This document shows, piece after piece, positions 57,304 to 64,000 of a DNA stretch of 64,000 nt. Origin of the DNA: Thiobacillus sp. GTDB taxonomy: Bacteria > Pseudomonadota > Gammaproteobacteria > Burkholderiales > Thiobacillaceae. The notes beneath the pieces are model-generated. The model did not search any database. It saw only the letters and a program-made list of their open reading frames with translations, and was not told the DNA's origin. Both the position numbers and the translations under genes were made by a program. Position 1 is the first letter of the stretch. Every line of letters begins with the position of its first letter. Where the stretch lies: positions 10,360-74,359 of the forward strand of contig JBKBQH010000009.1 of the NCBI GenBank assembly GCA_046292745.1, read 5' to 3'.

Positions 57304-57748
57304 GCCGTATCACGCCTCGCGCCCAGCGTGTCATGTCGCTCGTGACGGGTGGCAACTGCACCGACAGCGCCACGCCGCCGAGGCCGCTCGCGATCCGCCA
57401 CGCAAGCGCGGCCGGCAAACCGGCGGGCGCATCCAACCAGCACTCCGCCAGGACGCCGTCAAGCGTGCGGATCAGGCTCGGCGGCACGAAAGGCGCCACA
57501 CCGGCGGGACGCTGGCCGCCCAGCCGGCGCGTGAGCCACAAGCTTGCGAGCGCCGCGTCGGGCTGCCACAGCGGCACGGCAGGCCGCGCCGTGGGCGATC
57601 CCGTGGAAAGTGCATGCAGCGTCACCGGCATCCGCAGGCGTGCGCTCAGCACCGCGGCAAGCCGTCGCGTCAGCCTGTCCTGCAGACAGACGGCAGGCGG
57701 CGTGGACAGGAAGGTGTCTTCTTCGGGCGTGAGATCGAGCAATTGCAT
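57296..57748 (-). CDS. Hypothetical 150-aa protein occupying the fliK-fliN slot; weak FliM-middle-domain-like motifs, no SpoA domain
   Basis: Intact ORF packed tightly between fliJ (4-nt gap) and fliO (8-nt overlap). QDRLTRRLAAVLSARLRMPVTLHAL and LWLTRRLGGQ resemble by eye the E. coli FliM ERFARHFRMGLFNLLRRSPDITV and AVDNLFGGDG segments. Confidence 0.5.
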   Translation of the reverse strand: MQLLDLTPEEDTFLSTPPAVCLQDRLTRRLAAVLSARLRMPVTLHALSTGSPTARPAVPLWQPDAALASLWLTRRLGGQRPAGVAPFVPPSLIRTLDGVLAECWLDAPAGLPAALAWRIASGLGGVALSVQLPPVTSDMTRWARGVIRHA

Positions 57749-57752
57749 CGTG

Positions 57753-58205
57753 TCAGTACCCCAGCCGGTTCACTTCGGTGCGGTGCATCAGCTCGACCAG
57801 TTCGTCGTGTTCGCGCTGCTCGATGCGACGCTGCTGGATCGCGGCTTGCGCCTGGTAGCGCTGGTGCAGCAGGCGCAGCGCCTTCACCCGTTGTTCGACC
57901 TGCATCCATTCGGTGAGCCGCGCCTGCCAGGCTGCATGCGCGGCGTCGATGTCGGCCTGCGCCGCGCGCATCTCTTCGGCCTGTGCCCGCTGCAGGCGGT
58001 TCATTTCCTGCAGCTGCGCCGCCGTCACGCCAGCGCGTCGTTGTGCCGCCCACTGCGCGATGCGTGCATCGCGCAGCGTCGTCAACTGCACCATGCGGCC
58101 CCGTGCGCGCAGCCACACCCCGTGCGCGAATTTGACCGAGCGCGACAGCGTCTCGCTGCGCCGTTCCGCCAGCTGCAGCACCCGCGCCAGGGCAAAAGGC
58201 TTCAC
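57753..58205 (-). CDS. fliJ: FliJ-like export chaperone/stalk protein
   Basis: GTG 58205 forms a GTGA overlap with the fliI stop and gives 150 aa of coiled-coil-type sequence ((V)[22 protein letters not shown]...[14 protein letters not shown]). Position after fliI fits. Confidence 0.6.
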   Translation of the reverse strand: MKPFALARVLQLAERRSETLSRSVKFAHGVWLRARGRMVQLTTLRDARIAQWAAQRRAGVTAAQLQEMNRLQRAQAEEMRAAQADIDAAHAAWQARLTEWMQVEQRVKALRLLHQRYQAQAAIQQRRIEQREHDELVELMHRTEVNRLGY

Positions 58206-59599
58206 GCCAACACCTCGGCGAGCGCGGCGCGCGCCGCTTCGAGGGAGACGCGTTCGCGCATGCCCTGCATCAGATACCCCTGCATGCGCGGATACAGGCG
58301 CACGCCCTCGTCGAGCACGACGTCGGCGCCGGGTACGTAGGCACCGACGGCCAAGAGATCGCGGCTGCGCATGTAGCGCGAATACAGATACTTGAAGCGG
58401 CGCGTGCGGTCGAGCTCGTCCTCGGGCAGCAAATCCGGCTGCACCCGGCTGATCGACGCCTCGATGTCGATCGCGGGGTAGTGGCCGGCGTCGGCGAGGT
58501 CGCGCGAGAGCACGATATGGCCGTCGAGAATCGCGCGCGCGGCGTCGGCAATCGGATCCTGCACGTCGTCGCCTTCCATCAGCACGGTGAAAAAAGCGGT
58601 GATCGAGCCGCTGCCGCTGCGGCCGTTGCCGGCGCGCTCGGCCAGCTGCGGCAGCTTGGCAAACACCGACGGCGGATAGCCCTTGGTCGCCGGCGGTTCG
58701 CCGATCGCCAGCGCCACCTCGCGCTGCGCCATGGCGTAGCGGGTGAGCGAATCCATGATGAGCAGCACGTGCTTGCCCTGGTCGCGAAAATGCTCGGCGA
58801 TCGACATCGCGTAGGCCGCGCCGTTCAGCCGCATCAGCGGCGGATGGTCGGCCGGCGCGGCCACCACGACGGCGCGCGCCATGCCCTCGGCGCCGAGGAT
58901 GCGGTCGATGAACTCCTTCACCTCGCGGCCGCGCTCGCCGATCAGGCCGACCACCACCACGTCGGCGGTGGTGAAGCGCGCCATCATGCCGAGCAGCACG
59001 CTTTTTCCGACGCCGCTGCCGGCAAACAGGCCCAGCCGCTGGCCGCGCCCCACGGTCAACAGGCCATTGATCGCGCGCACGCCGACGTCGAGCGTTTCGC
59101 GGATCGGGGCGCGCTCGAGCGGATTCATCGGCCGGCTGTAGAGCGGCACCCGGCGCTCCAGCGCCAGCGGGCCCATGCCGTCGAGCGGCCGGCCGGCGCC
59201 GTCGAGCACGCGGCCGAGCAGGCGGTCGCCGACCGGCACCTGGCGCACGCGGTCCTGCGCGCGGCGGCGCGGGATATAGCGCATGCCCAGGCGCGGCGGC
59301 TGGGCGGCGAGCGGGTTCTCCGGGATCACGCGCGCCCCCGGCATGACGCCGTGCACGTCGGTCGCCGGCATGATGAAGAGCGTGTCGGCAGCGAATCCGG
59401 CGACCTCGGCCTCGATGCTCTGCCCGCCCGGCACGTGTACGGTGCACTGGCTGCCCACCGGCAGGCGCAGGCCGACGGTTTCCATCACCAGGCCGGACAC
59501 CCGGGTGAGACGCCCGCTCGCCGCGACCGGCGTCGCCCAGCTCACCGCGCGCCGGCAGTTGGCAAGGTATTCGCGCAGGCGGACGATGCGATCGCTCAT
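58202..59599 (-). CDS. fliI: Flagellum-specific / type III secretion ATPase FliI (SctN family)
   Basis: 465 aa. Walker [21 protein letters not shown], and Walker [13 protein letters not shown]. Confidence 0.92.
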   Translation of the reverse strand: MSDRIVRLREYLANCRRAVSWATPVAASGRLTRVSGLVMETVGLRLPVGSQCTVHVPGGQSIEAEVAGFAADTLFIMPATDVHGVMPGARVIPENPLAAQPPRLGMRYIPRRRAQDRVRQVPVGDRLLGRVLDGAGRPLDGMGPLALERRVPLYSRPMNPLERAPIRETLDVGVRAINGLLTVGRGQRLGLFAGSGVGKSVLLGMMARFTTADVVVVGLIGERGREVKEFIDRILGAEGMARAVVVAAPADHPPLMRLNGAAYAMSIAEHFRDQGKHVLLIMDSLTRYAMAQREVALAIGEPPATKGYPPSVFAKLPQLAERAGNGRSGSGSITAFFTVLMEGDDVQDPIADAARAILDGHIVLSRDLADAGHYPAIDIEASISRVQPDLLPEDELDRTRRFKYLYSRYMRSRDLLAVGAYVPGADVVLDEGVRLYPRMQGYLMQGMRERVSLEAARAALAEVLA

Positions 59600-60189
59600 T
59601 CCAGCCAGCCCTGGTTGCTGCCGAGCACCTGCACCACCTGGCGCCAGCGTGCCGGCAGGGTGGCGTCGAGGTCGCCCTGCGGCGTCTCGATCAGGCAGCC
59701 GCCGCGCACGATGCGCACATCCTCGACGATGCGCAGGCGGTTCTTGTCGAGCACCTGGTCGAGATGCGGCCGCACCAGGGCGGCGTCGTCGGGATGGAGC
59801 AGCAGACGCGCCTCGCGCGTGCTCTCGGCCATTTGCTTCAGGGCCAGGTTGACCACGTCGAGGATGCGCTCGGGCCGCGCCGACAGCTCGCCGGCGACGA
59901 CCTGACGCGCCACGTCGAGTGCAAGCGCGAGCAGCATGTCGGAGAGCCGGAAATCCAGGTTGTCGAGGGTGTTGCCAAAGCTTTCCGCGAGCTGCTTCAT
60001 GCGCCCGCAGGCCTGCTCGGCCTCCTGGCGGCCGGCGGCGAGTCCCGCCGCGTAGCCCTCGGCGCGCGCCTGTTCACGCAACAGCGCGCGCTCGGCCGCC
60101 GCTGCCTCTTCGGGAGCCGGTTCGCTCGACGCGGCGAGTTCGACCACTTCCCACTGCTCGAACGCGGTCGGCTCATCGGGCGTGCTCAT
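59596..60189 (-). CDS. fliH: FliH-like ATPase regulator/stator (SctL family)
   Basis: 197 aa. Central Ala/Glu-rich coiled region, then a C-terminal ...[11 protein letters not shown]....[26 protein letters not shown], a typical FliH/SctL ending. 4-nt overlaps on both sides. Confidence 0.65.
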   Translation of the reverse strand: MSTPDEPTAFEQWEVVELAASSEPAPEEAAAAERALLREQARAEGYAAGLAAGRQEAEQACGRMKQLAESFGNTLDNLDFRLSDMLLALALDVARQVVAGELSARPERILDVVNLALKQMAESTREARLLLHPDDAALVRPHLDQVLDKNRLRIVEDVRIVRGGCLIETPQGDLDATLPARWRQVVQVLGSNQGWLE

Positions 60190-61154
60190 GCCGCCACCTC
60201 CTCTTCCGGAAATCCGATCGCGCCTTCCGCGGCCAGCCGCCGCAGCGTGCCGGCCGCCTCGTCCTGCGCCGCCTGGATCTCGGTCACCGGCAGCGCGCCC
60301 AGCGTGTCGAGATCATCGCGCATGCGCCGGGCGGCAGTCGGACTCATCACCGCGGTAAGCGCGTCGAGCACCGCGGCATCGCTGCCCTTGAGCGCGTGCA
60401 GCAGCGTGCGCGCGCCGACATGGCGCAGGAAGGTGCGGCGGTCCGCCTCGGGCAGCCGCGCCAGGTCCTCGAAGGCGAGCGCGCGGGCGCGCAGCCGCGC
60501 CGCGAGGTCGGCGTCGTTCTGGTCGAGCTGGTGCAGCGTCGCGGCGACGCTGCCCTCGCTCATCTGGCCCAGCAGATGGGCGGCCACGGCCTCGCCCTGC
60601 GCCGACGCGGCGGAATCGAGGCTCGCCACCCAGTCGTCGAGATCGCGCAGCATGTCGGCGCTCGGCACCTCGCTATGCGCCAGGTCGCGCAGGGTATCGG
60701 CACGGGTGCGCGCGGGCAGCACCTCGAGCACGCCGGCGGCAACGTCGCGCGGCAATTGCGAGATCACCACGGCAATGAGTTGGGGCGGCTGCGACTCCAG
60801 CAGACCGGCGATCTCCGCCGGCGGCCGCCAGGCGAGCTTGTCCAGCATGCGCGGCCCCGTCGCGCCGAGCCGCGCCAGCAGCGCCTGCGCACGTTCCGGG
60901 CTCAACGCGCGCTTGATCGCCTCGTCGAGGAAGCGCCCGGTATCGGCGGCAAAGCCCGTCTGCTCGGCGGCCTCGGCCACGTAGTCGCGCAGGATCGCAC
61001 GCACGCGCTCGCGCGGCAGCACTTCGATTTCGCGCATCGCACTGCCGAGGCGGGCGACGTCAAGCGGGCTCAGATAACGAAACACCGCCGCCGTCGCCTC
61101 CTCGCCCAGGGCGAGCAGCAGCGCGGCGGATTTCTCGACCCCGGCCTGGCTCAT
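60186..61154 (-). CDS. fliG: Flagellar motor switch/rotor protein FliG
   Basis: ORF trimmed to ATG 61154 (MSQAGVEKSAALLLALGEEATAAVFRYL...), giving 322 aa. The C-terminus aligns by eye with E. coli FliG (ALAFEDL.. versus MFVFENL; LLHALKGSD versus LLIALKGAE; RRMRDDL versus DILRDDL). Confidence 0.85.
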   Translation of the reverse strand: MSQAGVEKSAALLLALGEEATAAVFRYLSPLDVARLGSAMREIEVLPRERVRAILRDYVAEAAEQTGFAADTGRFLDEAIKRALSPERAQALLARLGATGPRMLDKLAWRPPAEIAGLLESQPPQLIAVVISQLPRDVAAGVLEVLPARTRADTLRDLAHSEVPSADMLRDLDDWVASLDSAASAQGEAVAAHLLGQMSEGSVAATLHQLDQNDADLAARLRARALAFEDLARLPEADRRTFLRHVGARTLLHALKGSDAAVLDALTAVMSPTAARRMRDDLDTLGALPVTEIQAAQDEAAGTLRRLAAEGAIGFPEEEVAA

Positions 61155-62539
61155 GCGCGCATCCACAATTTGACGACGTCGGCGGCGACGCGCGGATCGG
61201 CGAGCACCTGATTGCGCACGCCGTCGAGCACGACGTCGAAATCGTCGACCGGAACCCCGCTCGCCGGCACGCGCCGCGCGCGCCGCAGCGCAAGGAAAAA
61301 CAACGCCACCAGAACGGCCACGGCCAGCACAGCCAGCACAACCGGCGACGGCTGCCACGCCGATTCGGCCACGGCGGGTACGTCGGGCCGCACCTCGGGA
61401 ATGCGCGTCGGCGGCACGGCCACGGGCGCATCGGCCGGCGGCGCGGCCGTGGCGGCCGGCGCGGGCAAGGCGTAGACGCTGACGCGATCGCCGCGCGCCG
61501 GCACCAGGCCCAGCGCCTGGCTCGCCATCTGCCCGGCCCGACGGATCTCGGCGGCGCTGGCGTCGAAGCCGAGCACCACGACCGCCTGGATGCGCTGCAC
61601 GCTGCCTTGCGGCACGCGCGTCGTGCGCACCGTCCTTTCGAGCGGGGGCGTCCCACCGCCGACGGTGGCGCCGCGCATTCGCTCGACGGTCTGCCGGGTT
61701 TCGCTGTCCTGCAGCGTCGCGGTCACCTGCACGTGGACGCGCCCTTCGCCCGCCCAGGGCGTGAGAACGGCCAGCGCGCGCCGCGCCAGATCGTGTTCCA
61801 GCGCCAGCCGCTGCGACTGCGCCGGCGCGGGCGCGGCATCGCCGAGCAGCACGCCGCGCGGGTCGAGCACCTGCACCTCGCTGCGCTGCATGCGCGGCAC
61901 GCTGGCAGCGACCAGGGTCTGGATCGTCGCCACCTGTCCGGCGCTCAGCGTCGCGCCAGGACGCAGGCGCACCAGCACGGCGGCGGTGGCCGGCGGCGCG
62001 TCACGCAGGAAGGGCGAGACCTTGGGCAGGGCGAGATGCACGCGGGCGAGCTCGACCGGCTCCAGTTGCTGGATCGAGCGCGCGAGTTCCTTCTCGAGCG
62101 CGCGCTGGAAACGCTGCTGTTCCTGCAGCGAGGAGGCGCCGAAGCTCGGCGCGCGGTCGCGTTCGTCCTGCATGTCGGCGTCGGTGCGCGGCAGGCCGCG
62201 CGCGGCGAGCCGGTAGCGCGCGATGTGCAATTGCGCGGCCGGCACCTCGATGCTGCCGTCGGCGGCGGACAGCCGGTAGGGAATGTCGAGCTGCTCGAGC
62301 GCGGCGATGACTTCGCCGCTGGCACGGTCGGACAGCTGCGCGTAGAGCACGCGATATTGCGGGGGATTGAGCCAGACGTAGGCGGCGCCCAGCGCCAACA
62401 GCGGCAGCACGACCAGCAGGGTAAGCATGAGGCGGCGCAAGGGGCTCGCCTCGACGAATGCATCGCGCAGACTGCTCAGCCAGCCCGGCACGGCACGCAC
62501 CTCGTCGGCTGGAGGGGGGACGCCACGATCGTCCCGCAC
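61151..62539 (-). CDS. fliF: Flagellar MS-ring protein FliF (SctJ superfamily), short form
   Basis: 462 aa with GTG start. N-terminal TM helix, LYAQLSDRASGEVIAALEQLDIPYRL, ring-building motifs, a second TM helix, and a C-terminal FliG-binding-like ...ADPRVAADVVKLWMRA. Confidence 0.8.
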   Translation of the reverse strand: MRDDRGVPPPADEVRAVPGWLSSLRDAFVEASPLRRLMLTLLVVLPLLALGAAYVWLNPPQYRVLYAQLSDRASGEVIAALEQLDIPYRLSAADGSIEVPAAQLHIARYRLAARGLPRTDADMQDERDRAPSFGASSLQEQQRFQRALEKELARSIQQLEPVELARVHLALPKVSPFLRDAPPATAAVLVRLRPGATLSAGQVATIQTLVAASVPRMQRSEVQVLDPRGVLLGDAAPAPAQSQRLALEHDLARRALAVLTPWAGEGRVHVQVTATLQDSETRQTVERMRGATVGGGTPPLERTVRTTRVPQGSVQRIQAVVVLGFDASAAEIRRAGQMASQALGLVPARGDRVSVYALPAPAATAAPPADAPVAVPPTRIPEVRPDVPAVAESAWQPSPVVLAVLAVAVLVALFFLALRRARRVPASGVPVDDFDVVLDGVRNQVLADPRVAADVVKLWMRA

Positions 62540-62566
62540 GGAAAGGCGGATTTAGTCACGCATCGA

Positions 62567-63019
62567 TTATAACCAGTCAGGCCCCACCACAGCGCGCAAT
62601 ACGACCTGCAGTTCGCCGTCCCGTTCGCGGCACTGGAACCACCAGATTGCGCCTTTCTTGATCGACAGGTCGCCCGCCTGACCCGAGAGCAGCCGGGCCG
62701 CCACCTGGCCCAGCGTCGGCTGGTGGCCGACGACGAGCACCGGATGCGCCGCATGGGGCCAGCCGGCGGCCTCGAGCACCGCGTCGGCGCTGGCCCCCGG
62801 CGCGAGTGCCGGCACCTCGGTGTAACCGCGCCCGAGCGCGCGGGCGGTCTGCAAGGCGCGTCGCGCCGGGCTGACCAGCACCTGCGTGTCCTGCGCCAGG
62901 CGCGGGTTCAGCCAGTCGGCCATGCGGCCGGCCTGCTTGCGCCCCTTGTCGGTCAGTTCGCGCTCGAGATCCGGCTGGCCGTCCTCGGCCTCGGCGTGTC
63001 GCCATAAAATCAGGTCCAT
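62567..63019 (-). CDS. sixA: Phosphohistidine phosphatase SixA
   Basis: ORF trimmed to ATG 63019 (MDLILWRHAEAEDGQPDLERELTDKGRKQA...VLVVGHQPTLG), giving 150 aa. Confidence 0.8.
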   Translation of the reverse strand: MDLILWRHAEAEDGQPDLERELTDKGRKQAGRMADWLNPRLAQDTQVLVSPARRALQTARALGRGYTEVPALAPGASADAVLEAAGWPHAAHPVLVVGHQPTLGQVAARLLSGQAGDLSIKKGAIWWFQCRERDGELQVVLRAVVGPDWL

Positions 63020-63053
63020 CTTCAGTCTCCTTCCGGGTGATAGTACGGATGCG

Positions 63054-64000
63054 CTACCAGAAGGTCGGCGTATCCAGGAATGTCTGCATGTGCACCGCGC
63101 ACGCATTGTCGTCGCCGGCCGCCAGCCGAGCCGCCAGCCAGCCGCGCACGAAATCGCCCATGGGCCCGGCCGCCGCGCCTATCGACGACATCAGCGTCCA
63201 GGCGACGCGGGCGTCGTTGGCGCGCCCGAGGCTGTCCTGCGCGTCGCGCAGTATCGCAAGGTAGCGCACCAGCCGCTTGCCGGCGAACAGCGGCTGGAAA
63301 AACTCGGCCGCATAGCGCTGCCGCTTGATCGCAATGCGCAGCGCGTGGCGCGCGGCCGGCGACAGCGTGCCGAATGCCCGCGCATCGCGTGCGATGCGGC
63401 GATGGCCGCGTTTGAGCACCCGGCGCGCCCAGTCGTCGAGTAGCGCCAGTTGCGCGAGCCGCTGCGCTGGCGTGGCATCGGCTCGCCAGCCATGCTGGAG
63501 CAGCCAGCGCTGCATACCAAGCAGCCAGGCACCCGGCTGCGCCGCCCCCAGTGCCGCGCGCATCGTCGCGCGCACTTCCTGCCGGCGCGCTTCGATCACC
63601 GCCAGGCCACGCCGCCAGGCATCGGCGTCCGGATGATGCGGCGCGATGGCCGGCAACGTCTCCTCGACCAGCACGTCCCAGTCGCGCGCCGGCCCCAGCG
63701 ACGCAACGAGCGCGCGCAACCCGGCCATCAGCGTGTCCGGCAGCACGCAGACGCCGCGGAACAGGCGCAATGCCGCGCGCAGCCGCCGCAGCGCCACCCG
63801 CGCCTGGTGCACGTACTCGATGTCGTCGCTGGCGAGCACCCCCGGCAGGTTCGCCTGGAAGTGCGTCAGGCAGCTCTGCACGATGGCGGCGAAGCCGTCT
63901 TCCACGCTCAGGCCGTGACCGAGCGTCACCGTGGCGGACCGCATCGGCGCCGCCGCCTCGCCGCGTGCCAGGCGCACGCCGCGTTCGGCCTTGCTGAGGT
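63054..64000 (-). CDS. CHAD-domain protein, partial (the frame stays open to the window end, so an N-terminal CYTH domain probably lies beyond it)
   Basis: CHAD hallmarks are VHQARVALRRLRAALRLF and ALRIAIKRQRYAAEFF. The frame upstream of the first listed start (GTG 63977) has no stop before position 64000 (..LSKAERG..). Confidence 0.75.
   Translation of the reverse strand, partial: LSKAERGVRLARGEAAAPMRSATVTLGHGLSVEDGFAAIVQSCLTHFQANLPGVLASDDIEYVHQARVALRRLRAALRLFRGVCVLPDTLMAGLRALVASLGPARDWDVLVEETLPAIAPHHPDADAWRRGLAVIEARRQEVRATMRAALGAAQPGAWLLGMQRWLLQHGWRADATPAQRLAQLALLDDWARRVLKRGHRRIARDARAFGTLSPAARHALRIAIKRQRYAAEFFQPLFAGKRLVRYLAILRDAQDSLGRANDARVAWTLMSSIGAAAGPMGDFVRGWLAARLAAGDDNACAVHMQTFLDTPTFW

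Noticed and set aside
54492-62572. Several long plus-strand ORFs (713, 474, 406, 430 and 321 aa) across zwf and the fli cluster
   Set aside because: All are antisense to genes with clear family signatures, and their translations are R/A/G/P-rich low-complexity sequence.

Overview
This is a high-GC proteobacterial chromosome segment. Its synteny looks betaproteobacterial (inference): nuoA-G, secG-tRNA-Leu-nuoA, carAB-greA-yhbY / rlmE-ftsH-folP-glmM-pstSCAB, fur/bamE-dapB and dapA-bamC. I call about 66 protein genes, roughly 90% on the minus strand, plus one tRNA-Leu(GAG). Most of the window is core housekeeping: complex I, phosphate uptake, cell-envelope precursors, arginine/pyrimidine, lysine and proline biosynthesis, BAM lipoproteins and an oxidative-stress cluster. 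Two modules are accessory. (1) A complete pelABCDEFG exopolysaccharide operon (16.9-29.3 kb) sits exactly in the normally short divergent spacer between rlmE-ftsH and yhbY. (2) A compact, tightly overlapping flagellar-type cluster, fliF-G-H-I-J-orf150-O-P-Q-R (55.2-62.5 kb), has no flhA/flhB, no SpoA-domain fliM/fliN and no rod, hook, filament or stator genes anywhere in the window. It is wedged between sixA and zwf with gaps too small for promoters. I consider this cluster the best candidate for something not yet described, although it may simply be one piece of a dispersed or second flagellar regulon. Smaller observations are a BamE fusion protein, a rubrerythrin/Fe-S/DUF3501 triad with REP-like palindromes and a 7-1-7 operator-like palindrome, and several structured intergenic elements. 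I saw no transposase, integrase, phage gene, CRISPR array, toxin-antitoxin pair or recognisable anti-phage defence gene. All calls come from reading the translated ORFs and the DNA by eye against remembered family motifs. No database search or computation was possible.
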